This document shows, piece by piece, positions 50,398-64,000 of a DNA stretch of 64,000 nt (position 1 is the stretch's first letter; every line of letters starts with the position of its first letter). The position numbers and the translations under genes were made by a program. Below the pieces are notes generated by a model. It had not been told where the DNA came from, did no database searches, and saw only the letters and a program-made list of their open reading frames with translations. The DNA lies in assembly GCF_018977255.1 (NCBI RefSeq), contig NW_024704742.1:115384001-115448000 (forward strand), read 5' to 3'. The DNA comes from Callorhinchus milii. Taxonomy: Eukaryota.

Positions 50398-51070
50398 AAG
50401 TGTCAGCTCGGCTTAGTGGTAGCATTCTTGCCTCTGGGTCAGAGGTTGGGGATCATAGCCCAGGTTAGCTCATGTTCCAATGCAGTGCTGGGGAATCTAG
50501 CATTGTTGGGAATGTTCTTCTTTTGGATGAGATGTTAAACTGAGATCTATCTGCTTGTCCAAGGCATAGCCTTAAAACTGGAGCTAAGTCAAAACAGAGG
50601 TCAGGAAGCATTTCTTCACACAGAGAGCTGTGATTATGTAGAATCCTCTACCCCATAATGCTGTAGAAATCAATAGGGATATTTAAAAGAGAGATTGACA
50701 GATACTTGGGTAGTAGATGTATAAAGGGGTATGGGGAAATGGCGAGACAATGTGATTAAAAGGTCTACCAAGATCAAATAAACTGGTGGAACAGACTTAA
50801 TGGGCTGAATAGCCTTCTCTTGTTTTTGTTTCTCTATGCCCTCAGGTGTCCATTGAAGATCCCATGACATCATTCAAAATGAGAATGTAGTTTGTCGTGG
50901 CCAGTAATCCTCCAGATCAATTGATCATTCACTCCATGGCTGTTTGTTAGACCTTACTGTGTGCAAAATAGCTGTCGACTTTGCCTCTAAGAAACAGCTA
51001 CACCACTTAATAGTAATGACTGTAAAGCACTTTAAGATGTTTTGATTATAAGGTGCTGTAAAATGTTCTC
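50398..51070 (+). mobile_element. Old DeuSINE interrupted by a CR1 3' fragment (~50560-50840)
   Basis: Head GTGTCAGCTCGGCTTAGTGGTAGCATTCTTGCCTCTG; core resumes at CTCAGGTGTCCATTGAAGATCCCATG after the CR1 (AGGAAGCATTTCTTCACACAGAGAG...). Confidence 0.7.
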
Positions 51071-54000
51071 TTTCTTGTATTTCAACTAGTTTCTAAATGC
51101 AATGTTCTGCTAAGGAGATGCTCTCAGCAGATTTCTTCATTATCCCTATTATTTAACTGATGACCATGCCTCTGGTTTCAACCATCTATTTTGAGAAATA
51201 GAACTGGTTAAAAGCTGCCATTCATTGCCATCATATTCACTCCCATCTGTTTAGTATCAACTAATATACGTGGATACTGTAGATTGAGAGCACTGTAACC
51301 TAGTATAGCAGCGTGTATTAAACACCAGGACAGAGTGGAGAAGAAGCCGGTGTTCAGTTGTATCACATCGCTAGAAAATACAGGAGTTGTTGAACTGATA
51401 CAAACAGTATTTTTTGTTGATAGTAACAATAGTGATCTTTTGCATGTCTTTATAATAGGAATTCCTATTATAGAAACATAGGGATTACATTTGTGGTATT
51501 CCCAACGTGTTCTCACAAATTTTGGCCCACAGGAAAAGATTGCAATTTTTAACTAAGTCAACCCCTACTCATTCATTGCATTTATATAGCGGTCTTCATG
51601 TCAGGAGGGTGGCCATAGATACGAGACAGACTTGAGCTGGTGTTTGGATTTGGGAGGGTGTGGGCTGAGGGGCTGGGGGGTAGGAAAATGTACAAAGAGG
51701 AAAGTCTTGAGATAAGCCTTGAAGGAGGCAAGGGAAGGGGACTCCAGGCTGGAATTTCTGAGGGTCATGGCAGAAAGGTGGGAAGCCCAACCGCTGATGG
51801 AGGGATGGGCAGGGTGGGGGATGTATTAACAACAACAACAACAACAAGATTATATTTGTATGGGAGGACATCCCATTAATTATATGCAGCTCATGGATGA
51901 TGTGCAGGTAGGGTTCTGTTTGATCAGCATAATGTCCCACATACACATAAAGTCACTGCTAAGCATTTTCACACCAAATTACTGACATTCCACATATGTG
52001 TGGAAATTTCCATTTCTCTGTCAGGAAGTGTCTCTCCAGAGTGATGCTCCCTGCTCATTTAACCCAGAGAGTTTAGGTGAGTTTGTGAAGAACCAAGCAT
52101 ACAGAACACACAGTGGGTATAGTATATATAGTAGCAGGTTACCATTGGGACCAGTGGTCAGTCAGCTTCTCACTGCTTGTCTCGCCCATTAGGCTAGACA
52201 ATAGAGTAATAGAGAATCTGCCTCCGCCCCCCCCCCCCGCCGCCCCCTTGAATGCTCTAATCCTCCAAGCCCCGTTAATGGTCCAGACTGGCTGGTGTGT
52301 CATCAACAATATCTTGGAGTATTGCGAATCTGCCTTGGTTGCTTAGCTCCAAAGAGATGCCAATTACTTTCCCAAGGAGGACAGTAATGTGAGGGAGGGT
52401 ATGCCTCATGTACAAATATACAGCTCTCTGCAGATTATGCATTGGCCTGTATAAACGTTATGCAGCTCCTGCAGTATGAGCTATCTTAGACATTCTGGGG
52501 TCAGCTATGACAGTGCTGTACATCATACCCGATGGTACCAATCAAACACTCATTTATTAATTGAAACTAATAAAACTTTCATGCATTAGACTTTGGTGCA
52601 TAAAGTCACATTGCATTTTCTCTGGTTGAACACACTTGTGCACAAGCCAGCAAAGCGGATTTAAATCTTTCCCTTGTTAATAAAGATCTAATTTGCCCAT
52701 AGACATCTGGCAGCAAATTCAGTGAGCACCATTACCACTGATGTGTCACTGCTTTTCTGAGTCATTGATTGCTTCTGTACAGCACCAGAATTATAATGCA
52801 CAAGCTGCGTTATATTTTATGAACATGTATTAAAATACTGAGTATAATCTGTTTATCAGTCATTATCTGCTTCTGTGCATATAGTTAGTAATCTTGATTT
52901 TCAAAACATTTCATAATGCCTTTGATCTAGTTCTACTTTTTCTCCTTTAACGAACGAAAACTTGCTAAGTCTTGCTAAGATTTCATTCAACAATTGGCAA
53001 ATTCTGGATGCTCTAAAATGCCACATAAATAAAATAAATTTAGACCCAGGTGTAATTTCTTCCCCACTTATCTGATTGATATATCTGAAAGCATTTCACA
53101 AGTATCTACTGTCCAGTGTAACCTCTATACTGCATAATGGGCTTTGACAACCCCAACTGTTACAGTTATGACCAAGGCTCACACCTGAACTCCAACCTAT
53201 CTCCAGTTGCTATTTTTGATTTGCATCATTCACATTTTTCTTATCACTTGAAATATTGTTTCATGACGCTTTACAGATATAAAGTCTGGTGGACTTTTTT
53301 TTTCCAAATGATATTTATTTGCTGTGGAAAATGGATTGTTCCAAGAGTTCATCATGTAGGCTCCTCTGAGAAAACTCTATAACTAAACATCAAATTGGTT
53401 CCCTTGTTCCATTTTGAAAGTCTCAGTCTAGCAGAAAAGGCCAGGGTATTTAAAGCAGCATTATGGAAATGTTTCAGAATCCTCTTCACAGCGTTTCACG
53501 CTGATGACATTGTTATTCAGAAGATGTATGTTGTGAGTCACAGCAGCCAAGAAGGAGATTAAAGGGGATGTGTTTCTTTAAACTTTTACAACCAAATATG
53601 GAACAGTTTAGCTGTGGTGTGTGCCCAGCGGTGCTCCTGTTTGGTGAGATCAGAAAAGCTACCGGGCCGAAAGGAAAGAGCTGAGGCTGAATAACAATGA
53701 ACTGCATTTCATTTGGCGAGTTTATCTTTATTCAGAAGTTCTCGGCTGCAGACAGCCCTTAGCATAAGTGTTGAAGGATAGAGTTTAACCTATATATAAT
53801 GGGACTTCCATTATTTTCCTTTCCATTGTACTTATTGTGTTCACTTCCCCGACAGTTCCCGCTCGGTTCAGCTCAGATTTCTCCTGTTTTAATGGTAAAG
53901 GTGATAATTTGATATTTTTAAATAAATGCTAAACGTTGAAAAATATCATAGATCTAATCATTCTTCAAGTAACCTTGCACCAAATTTAAAATGTATAAAT

Positions 54001-55124
54001 ATCAGTTATACATTCAACAAGAGAATGTGGCAAGTCCCAGTTATACTGAGCCATTTGTAACATAATTCTCATCAAACATATAGTAAAGATCATTTAATGT
54101 TTAAATATTTCCAAGATTCAACAACAAAATTACATTAATATGATGCCTTTCATATCGGGAGGGTGTCCCAAGGTGCTGGATGTTGCCAGACTGATTGATA
54201 AAATACAAAATCAATTGTAGTTCATGAAAGTCACCTCAAAAATAAACATAGGTTGATCTGAATGTTGCTGCTTGTGAATTCTTAACATGAGAAAAGATGA
54301 AATAATGGATGGCATGATTCCTCTTTAAGAATAAATCCACTGTATCTCTGGATGTGCAGTGTTTTTTATTGCAGCAAATGTGTAATTAAAGTGTTGATAA
54401 TTCCCTGTTAAAAGATTTTCACTTCATGTTAATTCTCATTCTGTATAAAGCTGTACAGAGAAGGAAATAAAGGAAAAAACTGATGTTTTACCAGTCAGAC
54501 ATTTCTTTAGGCATTAACGTATTTAAAATGTAACTGTAACCCTGCCTGTGAATATCAAGTAAAGTGACGCAAATCAAAGCCACACAGGGAAGAAGCTTCC
54601 TTTTTTAAAAAAAATCTCGAAGATGGGATAAGGTGCTATATCAAATGCAAGGATTATTATGATTATAAAAATATTCTTTATTAACAGAGGACCTTATATT
54701 AAACCTCACAATGTTCTAACAGAAGATTTGTAGAGTTTCTCAATTGGTTTCAATCCAAAGCAGTGATAATGTCAAGCAGGTGGAAGCCATATTGGGGATT
54801 TGAGGTCCACAGGATCACAGTTGCAAAGGGCAAATTCAGGACAGGCATCAGATGCTGGATGCATTTAACAAACAGCTTGATGTTGTAATGGGAGGATGGT
54901 TAATTAGGCAGGATGAGATCAAATGGGCTGAAGAACCTTCATCTGAACCTCTCGTATGATCTTGTGATCATTATTGGATCATCATTATTGGTCTAGTCTG
55001 AGCCTATTAGACCATTTTGTCTCAGAATTTAGTATTGCACAGAATTGTGGAAAATACTTTAATTTGGAGCCTACTTTTTAAGAATTGCAGAAAAACAGCT
55101 GCCAGATTTAGGGATCCTGCTTCC

Positions 55125-55645
55125 GGAGAGTATTACACAAAAGCCAAGATTTGGGGACCCCAGAATGCGCATTGGAGTGTGTGGAGTCTAATCAGCTAAA
55201 ACCGCATAGTTTCCTGGTGAGAGCACTGTCTAGCAAGCTTTTGTGCTGCTTGTCCAGCTATGATGAATATAATAAAAATAGAATGCAATATAATACAGCT
55301 CCTATGTTCCTTTATGTATTCCTATGTTCCTATGACCACCCTATCCTTTAGGGCTTTGGTTTGCAGGGTGAACAGGAGCTGAGGGGGGAAGAATCTCTGC
55401 TCCCAGTGACTGTTCTGCTCTTCCAAAACTTGCCCATGAGCCAGGCTGGTTGTACGGTCATCAGCAGTGCCCTGGAATACTGCAGTCCAGCCTGGCTCAG
55501 GAACTGGACTACCGAGACCGCCACAGAGGGCTGGCTCGATTCTGACATTCCGTTGCCAAACATGTCACCTTGAAGCCAGTTCAACTCCAAGGAGACCCCG
55601 CTTACCTTCCCCAAGGAGGATAGTCACTAGTTGATCATTTGACAA
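55125..55645 (-). mobile_element. Copy of the ~600-bp repeat lacking its A-tailed end, with a small (TTCCTATG)n insertion
   Basis: Collinear with 17210-17610. Confidence 0.75.
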
Positions 55646-55879
55646 AACGGTCTTACAGGCTAAGACGAGTGAACTTTCAGGTGTATATACCTTAATATTT
55701 AGCAACACAAAATGAAGCAGTTTTCTTAAGCCAAGCTTATGCTATAATTAACATTTGCTTTCAAAGTAGATGATGTATTGCCATATATCTGGCAGGTTTG
55801 TGCAGTCAAGTCACTTGAGAACTGATGTTAGCTGTTCCTGTCCTAAGGGGGGAGTGATTGCTATCAGCAGAGGAAAGTA

Positions 55880-57110
55880 TAACGCCAGCATTCTTCCAGG
55901 TGAGATCTGAAGATAGGCAAAGAGAAAGTAAGTTGGAGGGATTGAGCTTGGGAATTCAAGTAGGTCAGGCCATAGTGTCTGAAAGCACCCCTGCCGATGG
56001 TGGAGGGGTCCAAGGGATGTGCAGAATGCCCAAGCTACCTGAGCGAAGCAAGCGGGTAGAGGAGTGGACTGAACAGGCTGGGAAGGTAGGGAGGTTCCAG
56101 AGCATGAAGTGATTTGCACTGTGAATGCAAGGATCTTGAAATCGATCCATTCAGCACCAGAGAGGCAGTGGAGCCTGGCAAGGACTGGATGATGGGAGTT
56201 TTATTGGTTTTATTGCGGTTATTTGAGGTTTGGAGTTGAAGTGCTACCGTATTTCTGAAAACCTTAAACAAATCTTTCTCCAAGCCTGGCGACAAATGGT
56301 CCTAGCTAAAGACAACTGTGTGCTCTTCCATAACCAACAGTAAGAGAAGAAATCAATTGATCTGTAAGCAACACGCGATCCTGTGTTCACGGACAAGGGT
56401 CTATTGAATGAACAAAATAATGCTTGTTTAAAAGTAATGAATAGGCACTTGTGGATCACATTCGGTCCAGACAAAGTCTGAAAATTCAGTCACTCCTCAA
56501 GCAGGATAAATAGCCAAAAGCACACCACTTTCAGTGTGTCAATTTTGGCTACGTTTGTATCATTCTCGCCTCTGGGTCAGAAGATTTTGGGTTGGAGCTC
56601 TATTTTGGGAGTGCTGCACTGATGGGGGTGTCATCTTTTGGATGACGCATTTAAAGATCACAAGATTAGTTCAGGAAGAGAAACCCTCAGCCTATTTGTT
56701 CTCATCCTTACAGAATACAACAACAACAATTTGCACTTATATGGAGCCCTCCACACAGGGTAGCGTCTCAGAGCGCTTAACAATGGCTGCCTCTGAGCCG
56801 TTAGGGGGGTTGGGAGGTGGCCGTAAGCACGGTTGAAGAGGAAGCTTTTCAGGCGGGACTTGAAAAAGGGGAGAGAGGGGGCAAGGAGGAGGGATTGAGG
56901 GAGAGTGAACCAGAGTTTTGGGGCCAGTGCCTAAAAGCGCGACCTCCGATGGTGGGGGGGGTGGTTCGAGGGATGAGCAAGAGGCCAGTCGAGCGGAGGC
57001 GTCGGTTGGTGGTTTGGGTGGGGAGGAGGTCGGAAAGGTAGGGAGGTGCCAGAGAGTGAAGGGATTTGAACATGAGTGTGAGGATCTTGAAGTCGATCTG
57101 TTTGGTACCC
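55880..57110 (-). mobile_element. Two L2 3' fragments (55880-56190, 56715-57110) with a DeuSINE head between them
   Basis: QIDFKILTLMFKSLHSLAPPYLSDLLP...RRLRS...IGGRAF motif. Confidence 0.8.
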
Positions 57111-57119
57111 AATGCCCAC

Positions 57120-57480
57120 CTATCCATCCTCCTGTTAAAGAATCCAGCTGTTTTTTAAATGAGCCCAATGTCTTGGCCTCAACCACTCTTCTTGGCGACC
57201 TGTTCCAGTCATTATATCCTCCCAGTAAAGAAATGTTTCTAGCTTCAGCATGACTTCTGGGGATTTAAACTCAACTGATTTGACAATATAGCCCAGCATC
57301 CTGCTTGCTTTGTTTACAACTGCCTCACACTGTTTTAACATAGTGGGGGCTGAGCGCACACCGCTAGATCACTTTCAGCTCCCCTTGGCGAGCTCTATCC
57401 CACCCATTGATTACTTGAGTTTCCTATTCTTATTTCCTATATGTAATGTCTTGCATTATCTGTATCAAACTTCATTTGCC
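57120..57480 (-). mobile_element. CR1 LINE fragments
   Basis: KQCEAVVNKASRMLGYIVKSVEFKSPEVMLKL and VEAKTLGSFKKQLD, typical CR1 ORF2 motifs. Confidence 0.8.
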
Positions 57481-60396
57481 AGTTATCTGTGCATGTGGAT
57501 ACCAAGCAGAAGTTGCATCTTTTTGTTCAGGAGGACGTGAATTTATCCTATTGAATTTAACCCGGTGTCCTGGCCAACAGTCCCCCAGAAAAATTGATCA
57601 TTCACCTCATGCCTGTTTATGTGGTCTTGCTATGTGCAAAATGGTTACCCTGTTTCCCAAAAAACAATTGGTAATTCATGTAATTTGGGACTATAAAAAT
57701 GCAAGTACCTTCTTTGAACCTTCACATTGTACAGAGATTTGTCTGGTTGTAGGAAAGTCTGGATTTACCAACCAGATGCCTTCTACTGCAGAAACACATG
57801 GGCCTGTTACTGTAGTGATTCATAGTATGAGGAGGCTGCTATTTCTAAGGTTTCCAAGCTCTATAAAATTATTACCTTGATTTTTTGCTGTTAAATAAAA
57901 AACATAATTGGACCAACAAATGTCATGCCTCCTGTGGTAGATGGGAAGAAAATGCAGTGGATTTTGTCTCAAATATTAAGATGTTTACCTGGATAGAATG
58001 TAATGTCTTCTTAATGTTTGCTAACACTTTGTGGCATGTACCAAAAACCCGACTGCTTATTTTATGTGAAAATATTTGAAAACGTAAGTGGTAGGTAGAA
58101 AAATGTAAATTGATGTATTCAATGAGTGAGACACACATTGCATTTAAAATAATTAAACTTGAGGTTGTGAATCTATACAGTAGTTGAGGAGAAGAGTACC
58201 GGATGTTAGATCCTTTGCGTAATTGGAACGATTTTGATTTTTGGTGTTGCCCATACTGGCTTTTGTCAAGCAATACCTATTTTATTCATTTCCAGTTTGT
58301 TTAAGGTAAACCCATACATAATCTGAGGACAATGTTAATCCAACCCATGACATCCACTGCATCAAACTTTTTGTCTTGGTTGCAAATAATTAATCAATAA
58401 CATTTATGATCCAGTTGTGAATGCTGAGCACGATGCAGGAAATAATCCAGTCAATGCTGCATTTCTCTGGAAATACAATGAAGACGTAAACCGTATTGTT
58501 TTATTAAATTATTCCTCTGACAGTTAAGTTGCCAAAGGGCACATCAAATGGTGTACGATTTGCAAATTTATGTTTAATCTCTAGTTTAGAGAAATTATGA
58601 ATCATGTTCAAAAGTAATCTTCCTCCAAGCGTAACAAATCCTGATAAACTGGTAAATGGATTCAATTGCACCGGGAACTCCATCAGTTTATCCCCCGTGA
58701 TTTGTACACTTGAAATATCAAAGAAGAAAATAGACATAAAGCAAATATCAATAGCAATGGAATATACAAGTAACTGAGCCTTTCTGTACCTAAGCACAGA
58801 ACAGTCATTAGCTATTCCTTCATATAAAGGCTGCATTGAGCTGCAATTTCCACATTCCGATTAATGTATATGAAAAATAGTTAACCTAATCAATCAAATG
58901 TAACCTGTAACATTTAACCCTCAAAATTGAATAGTGCATTTGACTGTTGAGAGAAACAGAAAATCTAATGGTAAATGCACATGTCAAGAAAGATTTTCTG
59001 AAGGAATGACTTAAATACTTACGTTGCTAACAACATGGACTGGGAATGGGGGAAAGGATAGCATTTAGTTAAGACTTAAGCCATTATTATGCTGCTGTGC
59101 TGGAGAGGCAGGAAATGTCTTCTAGGAAACAGCAGTTCTACAGCCTTGGTTTTCATTGGTACTAAATATCTTATGTTGCAGTGATGAGAGTATTCTCAAT
59201 GAGGTAAGTAAATCCTTTAAATCCAGCATTAATCTGCTCTTGTACAAATCCCTTATCCTTTAGATCACACACTAAACACTATTTACACGCTACTTAATTA
59301 AGTGCCATTTTACTTGAATTCCTTCCTATCCTCAACTCCAACAATTTATCATATAAGCGCTTTGGGATGTCCTCCTGATGTGAAAAGCGCTATATCAAAT
59401 GCAAGGATTATTATATAAAAAAACAAACCCACGATGTAAAAAACACATGAATCACTGACAATCTGGAAGAAAAAAGATCCCATGTTCAAATCAAGTCTTC
59501 CTCCTCTGCAAATTGCCAGGGCCTGATGATCTTTGGATTATGCAGTTGTGTAATTTGCTGAGTGCAGTTACAGGGCAATCTGTAGGAAGTCCTCCTGGGA
59601 GCTGAAAGTGCTGGTAATTCACTTTGTATTGATCACTAATGCAGGGCACCAGCATTAAAAAGCCGTGTTGTCTATAGACCAGCATTTGCAGTGATTTCTA
59701 AGGCAGAGTGATGGGAAAGCCATTATTGGTTATTCTTTACATCAATTAAGCAGTTCTCAGAAGCAATCTATTGTGAAATGATCTATGTTCATAATCAGTA
59801 TTCTGCATCATCCATCTCATTTCTTTAAATTGAAGCCATCAATTTCATTTTTAGGTACAGTTAAAGAGTCCTTTGTATTTCCCGTCTCTTCAGATCAAGG
59901 TTAAGCAGTTTTTTAAAATGTGTTTTTTGTATATTTTCAATGAACGTGTTTTTATTAAAGAGTTACCTGTTTAAAAGTGAGGTGAGGGGTGTTGGGAGTT
60001 GGGGGGGTGGGGGGTGGAGTACTGAACATGCTACTTTCTTAACAAGATTTGCACCTGAAAGAATATGATTAATTAAATTTAAAAAAATTTGGTCACTCAA
60101 TCCATGACTTTGTGGAACACTGCTGTGTGCAATTAGCTGCCGCATTTTGCCTACAAAATATAGTCAATTCACTTTACAGTATATTCCGTGAGTGATCTGA
60201 GACATCTCAATGATGTGATAAGGCAGGCTATCAAATGCAAGGATTATCATTGTTATTTTAAAATAAGTGTTTAGCCTCTGGCTTTGCTGCAAATGGACTG
60301 CGAGAGGAATCATGCTCTTTGTTCCTGTGTCCTGTCCCAGGGTTGGTTGATTCAGGCAATGCCAACTGCAGGAATCAAGTGAATCATCATTTTTTT

Positions 60397-60698
60397 TATC
60401 CTTGCATTTGATATAGCGCTTTTCACGTTGGGAGGACGTCCCAAAGCGCTTCACAGAACACACTGTAAAGTGAATTGACTGTATATTTGTGGGCGAACGC
60501 GGCAGCCAATTGCGCACAGCAATGTCCCACAAACAGTCATGGATTGAAAATGACCAATTTATTATTGTTTTTGGTTTTGGAGGGATTATTATTAGGAGTG
60601 TGGAGTAAGGAAATTTGCCCAAGGTTTCGCCCTGCCTGGAATTGAACTCAGGTCTCTCGCTTGCAAAGCGAGTGCTCTAACCACTGAGCTACAGGACC
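60397..60698 (-). mobile_element. Full-length young SINE, left arm of inverted pair
   Basis: Complete head and tail. Confidence 0.92.
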
Positions 60699-60828
60699 CT
60701 GAGCACAAGTGGGGCAGGGGTAAGTTTGGGAAATCAGAACACTGAGGTTGGTTACAAAAATAAATAGATGGTGATTCATTGACAATGTATTTTAAAACAA
60801 AGGTGACATCATCTTGAAGAACTCTTGT

Positions 60829-61147
60829 GGAGTCCTGTAGCTCAGTGGTTGAGCACTCGCTTTGCAAGCGAGAGACCTGAGTTCAATTCCAGACAGGGCG
60901 AAACCTTGGGCAAATTTCCTTACTCCACACGCCTAATAATAATCCCTCCAAAACCAAAAACAATAATAAATTGGTCATTTTCAATCCATGACTGTTTGTG
61001 GGACATTGCTGTGCGCAATTGGCTGCCGCGTTCGCCCACAAATATACAATCAATTCACTTTACAGTGTGTTCTGTGAAGCGCTTTGGGACGTCCTCCTGA
61101 CGTGAAAAGCGCTATATCAAATGCAAGGATTATTATTATTATTATTA
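60829..61147 (+). mobile_element. Full-length young SINE, right arm of inverted pair
   Basis: GGAGTCCTGTAGCTCAGTGG head to (ATT)n tail. Confidence 0.92.
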
Positions 61148-62417
61148 TAAGGCCAATGTATTATTATTATGTTTCCAAAGCTTTGTTGATTATACTTTCA
61201 AAGGAGGCATTCATCAATCAGACCCCAGTGCTATTACCACTTGGGAATGGGTACTGTCATTTTTAAACAGATGTGTGAGCTGAGCCATCAGAGAAGTTCC
61301 ATCCCCCACCATTTTCTTTCATCTCATCTATCTTTCATTCCTCTTCAGTCTTTCAACCAGTCTTTCTTTCCTTCATTTTCCCATTACCTTAATGGCTTGA
61401 ATGTTCTGCTTAATGTAGGTGACTTATTGAATGTATAATGTAGTGATTTTACCTGCACAAAAGATCATGGGTAAAATCTACCATCAATTGTGAGTGGCGC
61501 ACAGTTATTAACATCTCATTTAAATCCTCACCTTTGTGGCTAAATTGGTTATTGCTAATAGCATTCATTGTCTTAAGCATTTCATGTAAGAAAATGCCCC
61601 TACTCCTTGATGGTTTAATCTATTGGCTTTCAGTGTTGAAAGTCTGGGATATTCTATGGAATACTCCTGCCTTTAGCAACTATGTGGTCATACTGTGGAA
61701 TACAGTGATGATTAATCCAGATGTGCCATCTCTGGATCCTAACGCCCTGAGTGTTGAATGAAAACTTGAGAAAAAATAAGAGTTCATTAAGTTTGCAAAG
61801 TGAGAGGTTAGATTATAGAATGTAACACTTCAAACTAACTCAATGTATGAAGTCTGTTAAAACACGATAAGCTGTTACAGCGAATGCAAATGTTATCTAT
61901 GTACAGAAGAACATTATAAAGCTCATGAAAAACATTTGTGTCACTAAATGTTTACATGTGTGGTATTATTTTTATATGTGGGATTTTGATGTTAACCAGA
62001 ACTTTCCTTTGATTTACTCCCCATATAATTTGCCACTGTACTCATGACAGTAGCCAAGGTCAGCAGTAACCCAAATCACATTAAGTTAGAGCTCGTGGAG
62101 GCAAGAACAGTAATGTTGGACTATGTTTTAATGACAACATCCCCATTTCAAAAGAACACAAGATTAGTTTGGATGAAGAAGACCTATCCAATCTCATCTC
62201 TCCAGAACACCCACCTTATTGTCTTCCTATCACAGCATCAAGCTGCTTTTTAAAAGACTCGTGTCCTGGCCTCTTCCTGAAGTGATTCTGCAGTTAAACA
62301 TGACCCTGGAAAGCTAGCAGAGTGTGACTTTGGGGGTGAATATTACTCATAGAGTTCCTTGGCCAGTTTGTTCTGGACTTTGTTGATATTCAGTTGCCTT
62401 CTTTCTTTTCTCAATAG

Positions 62418-62500
62418 GTCAGAAAATCCTTCACCACAGAAGTGATGTTTTGGAAACAGTTGTCCTCATTAACCCTTCTGATGAGGCAGTGAGCACTGAG
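62418..62500 (+). CDS. MAP1B: MAP1B coding exon 3 (83 nt); gene continues beyond the window
   Basis: Long polypyrimidine acceptor CCTTCTTTCTTTTCTCAATAG| and donor GAG|GTAAGG. In frame: (G)QKILHHRSDVLETVVLINPSDEAVSTE, matching recalled vertebrate MAP1B. Confidence 0.97.
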
Positions 62501-63032
62501 GTAAGGTATCCAGTAGGAGGTGCATGAAGGGATGGTAAAGTATAATAAATAGGACACAGATGATCCTATGCTTTAACCTTGGGATGTCCTCCCGACGTGA
62601 AAGGAGCTTCATAAATGTAATTTGTTGTTGTTCCTGAAAAACCCTGGAGTTTTAGTAGATTGAGGAATTTATAGTATTATGTAATAATAATAATAATAAT
62701 AATAAATGTCATAAGGGAGGTGGGTGGAACTAGAATGACTGGGTTTGGGTTATTTTCAAATGCAAGTCCTGTTATCCATGCATTATATTGCGTTTTTTGG
62801 AAATTTATGAGGGTGCTTATGATCTATTCAGATCTCTGAGTGAAATATGAATTATTTAATGTATATAATATGCTCTTACTCAAGTTTATATAGATATATA
62901 TATGGCTTCAATATCCCTGGCCCAGGGAGGCAAAATAAACAGTTCAGGTTTCTGTTCCTATCTAGTGTCCCTGGGATAGAAAGTGCATGTATGTGGACAT
63001 AGGGCTCAGACAAGGTCAAGTGCACTTGTTAT

Positions 63033-63207
63033 GATAATAATAATCCTTGCATTTGATATAGCGCCTTAAAATACATCTGAGACGTCTCAAAGCGCATCAC
63101 AGAATATACTGTAAAGTGAATTGACTGTATATTTTGTGGGCACTTTGAGATACCTCCACAATGTGATAAAGCGCTATATCAAAATGTAAGGACTAGTATT
63201 ATTATTA
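63033..63207. mobile_element. Two fused SINE 3' fragments in opposite orientation
   Basis: Minus-strand tail 63033-63141 joined to plus-strand tail 63141-63207. Confidence 0.7.
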
Positions 63208-64000
63208 ATACAAGTCCCACTTTTGACAACATACATGACATGAATTAAACTGTACCATTCTCTAAAGGACAACATGCTAAAGCCTTTCGGAATGCCCAGA
63301 AAGTACATTTGCATTTTTAAAATAAGTATTTCAGCCCACTCTCTACTCAGATTAGTAGATTGTTATTATAATGAATAAAGATTACTTCCAAGAATTTCAA
63401 ACAGATGTTCACATTGATACAACTAGATAGATAATGTTTAGAACCACTGCATGGATGTTTGAGGCAGAGTTGTGACAGAGATAGCAGTAAATGGAAGTAA
63501 CAGGGGCAATATGATTTTTTCACCCATTTCATAGTCGACCAGTCTGATATTGTAAATCATTACAGGTTTTGTGTGGGTGACATGAAGGTTTAAAAAAAAT
63601 TCAATCCTTGAATTGCCTCTTTTTACATCTTTAAATTGGTTTTGACCTCCAAAGACTAAATGTGATTAAAGACTTGTGATGCTAATAGGGCAATAGCTTT
63701 AATTCACACCCTAAGGAAGTAATTCTGCTGTTTATAAAATAATACCTTTCACACATCTTGGCTTCCAGCCTAAACCAGCTGCTGTTAAAGGATGACCAAT
63801 TCTCCAGTGGCTTCCAAACAGTGAACAGGACCTATCATTTTAATTTAGAGGAACTGAAATAAATTACCCTGACTCCAACAGGAAGCTTTGGGATGAAATC
63901 TAATATTGTGACGTTGTAGAATTGAACTGAAGCCTGTTTGTCTGGCCTCTGCTGATAACCCTCGCTTCAAGTGAAGAGACGTTGCAACAGGAAGTCACTC

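Noticed and set aside
58504..58836. 110-aa minus-strand ORF as another retrocopy
   Set aside because: No similarity to any protein I recognise.
60829..60900. tRNA-Ala(TGC) gene (also at 2410-2479, 5285-5355, 32690-32759, 60630-60698)
   Set aside because: Boxes A/B and the anticodon arm are present, but there is no complementary acceptor stem and the sequence runs into a SINE body. These are SINE heads.

Overview
This is eukaryotic, repeat-rich vertebrate DNA. It is probably from a cartilaginous fish, inferred from DeuSINE/SacSINE1-like, L2 and CR1 repeats. The only intact gene is the 5' part of MAP1B on the + strand. It has a CpG-island/TATA promoter at about 11.2-11.35 kb and coding exons 1-3 at 11419-11584, 17769-17870 and 62418-62500, separated by a 6.2-kb intron 1 and a 44.5-kb intron 2. 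The gene continues beyond the window. Almost all ORFs in the supplied track are spurious frames across SINEs, LINE fragments or low-complexity DNA. Features not explained by the ORF track are: (i) an antisense, intronless, stop-disrupted SNRNP27 retrocopy in intron 2; (ii) a second CpG-rich promoter-like module (GC boxes, NRF1 and ZNF143 motifs) inside intron 1; (iii) a hAT-type MITE with a perfect 8-bp TSD carrying a phased 53-bp CCAAT-box array; (iv) a young tRNA-Ala-derived modular SINE family whose 3' stem-loop covaries with the local L2 LINE tail, including a near-identical inverted pair 1.3 kb before exon 3; (v) an unclassified ~600-bp A-tailed repeat; (vi) two fold-back hairpins. I found no evidence for a novel multi-gene system. 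Family assignments are from recalled consensus and protein sequences, not database searches, and repeat boundaries are approximate.
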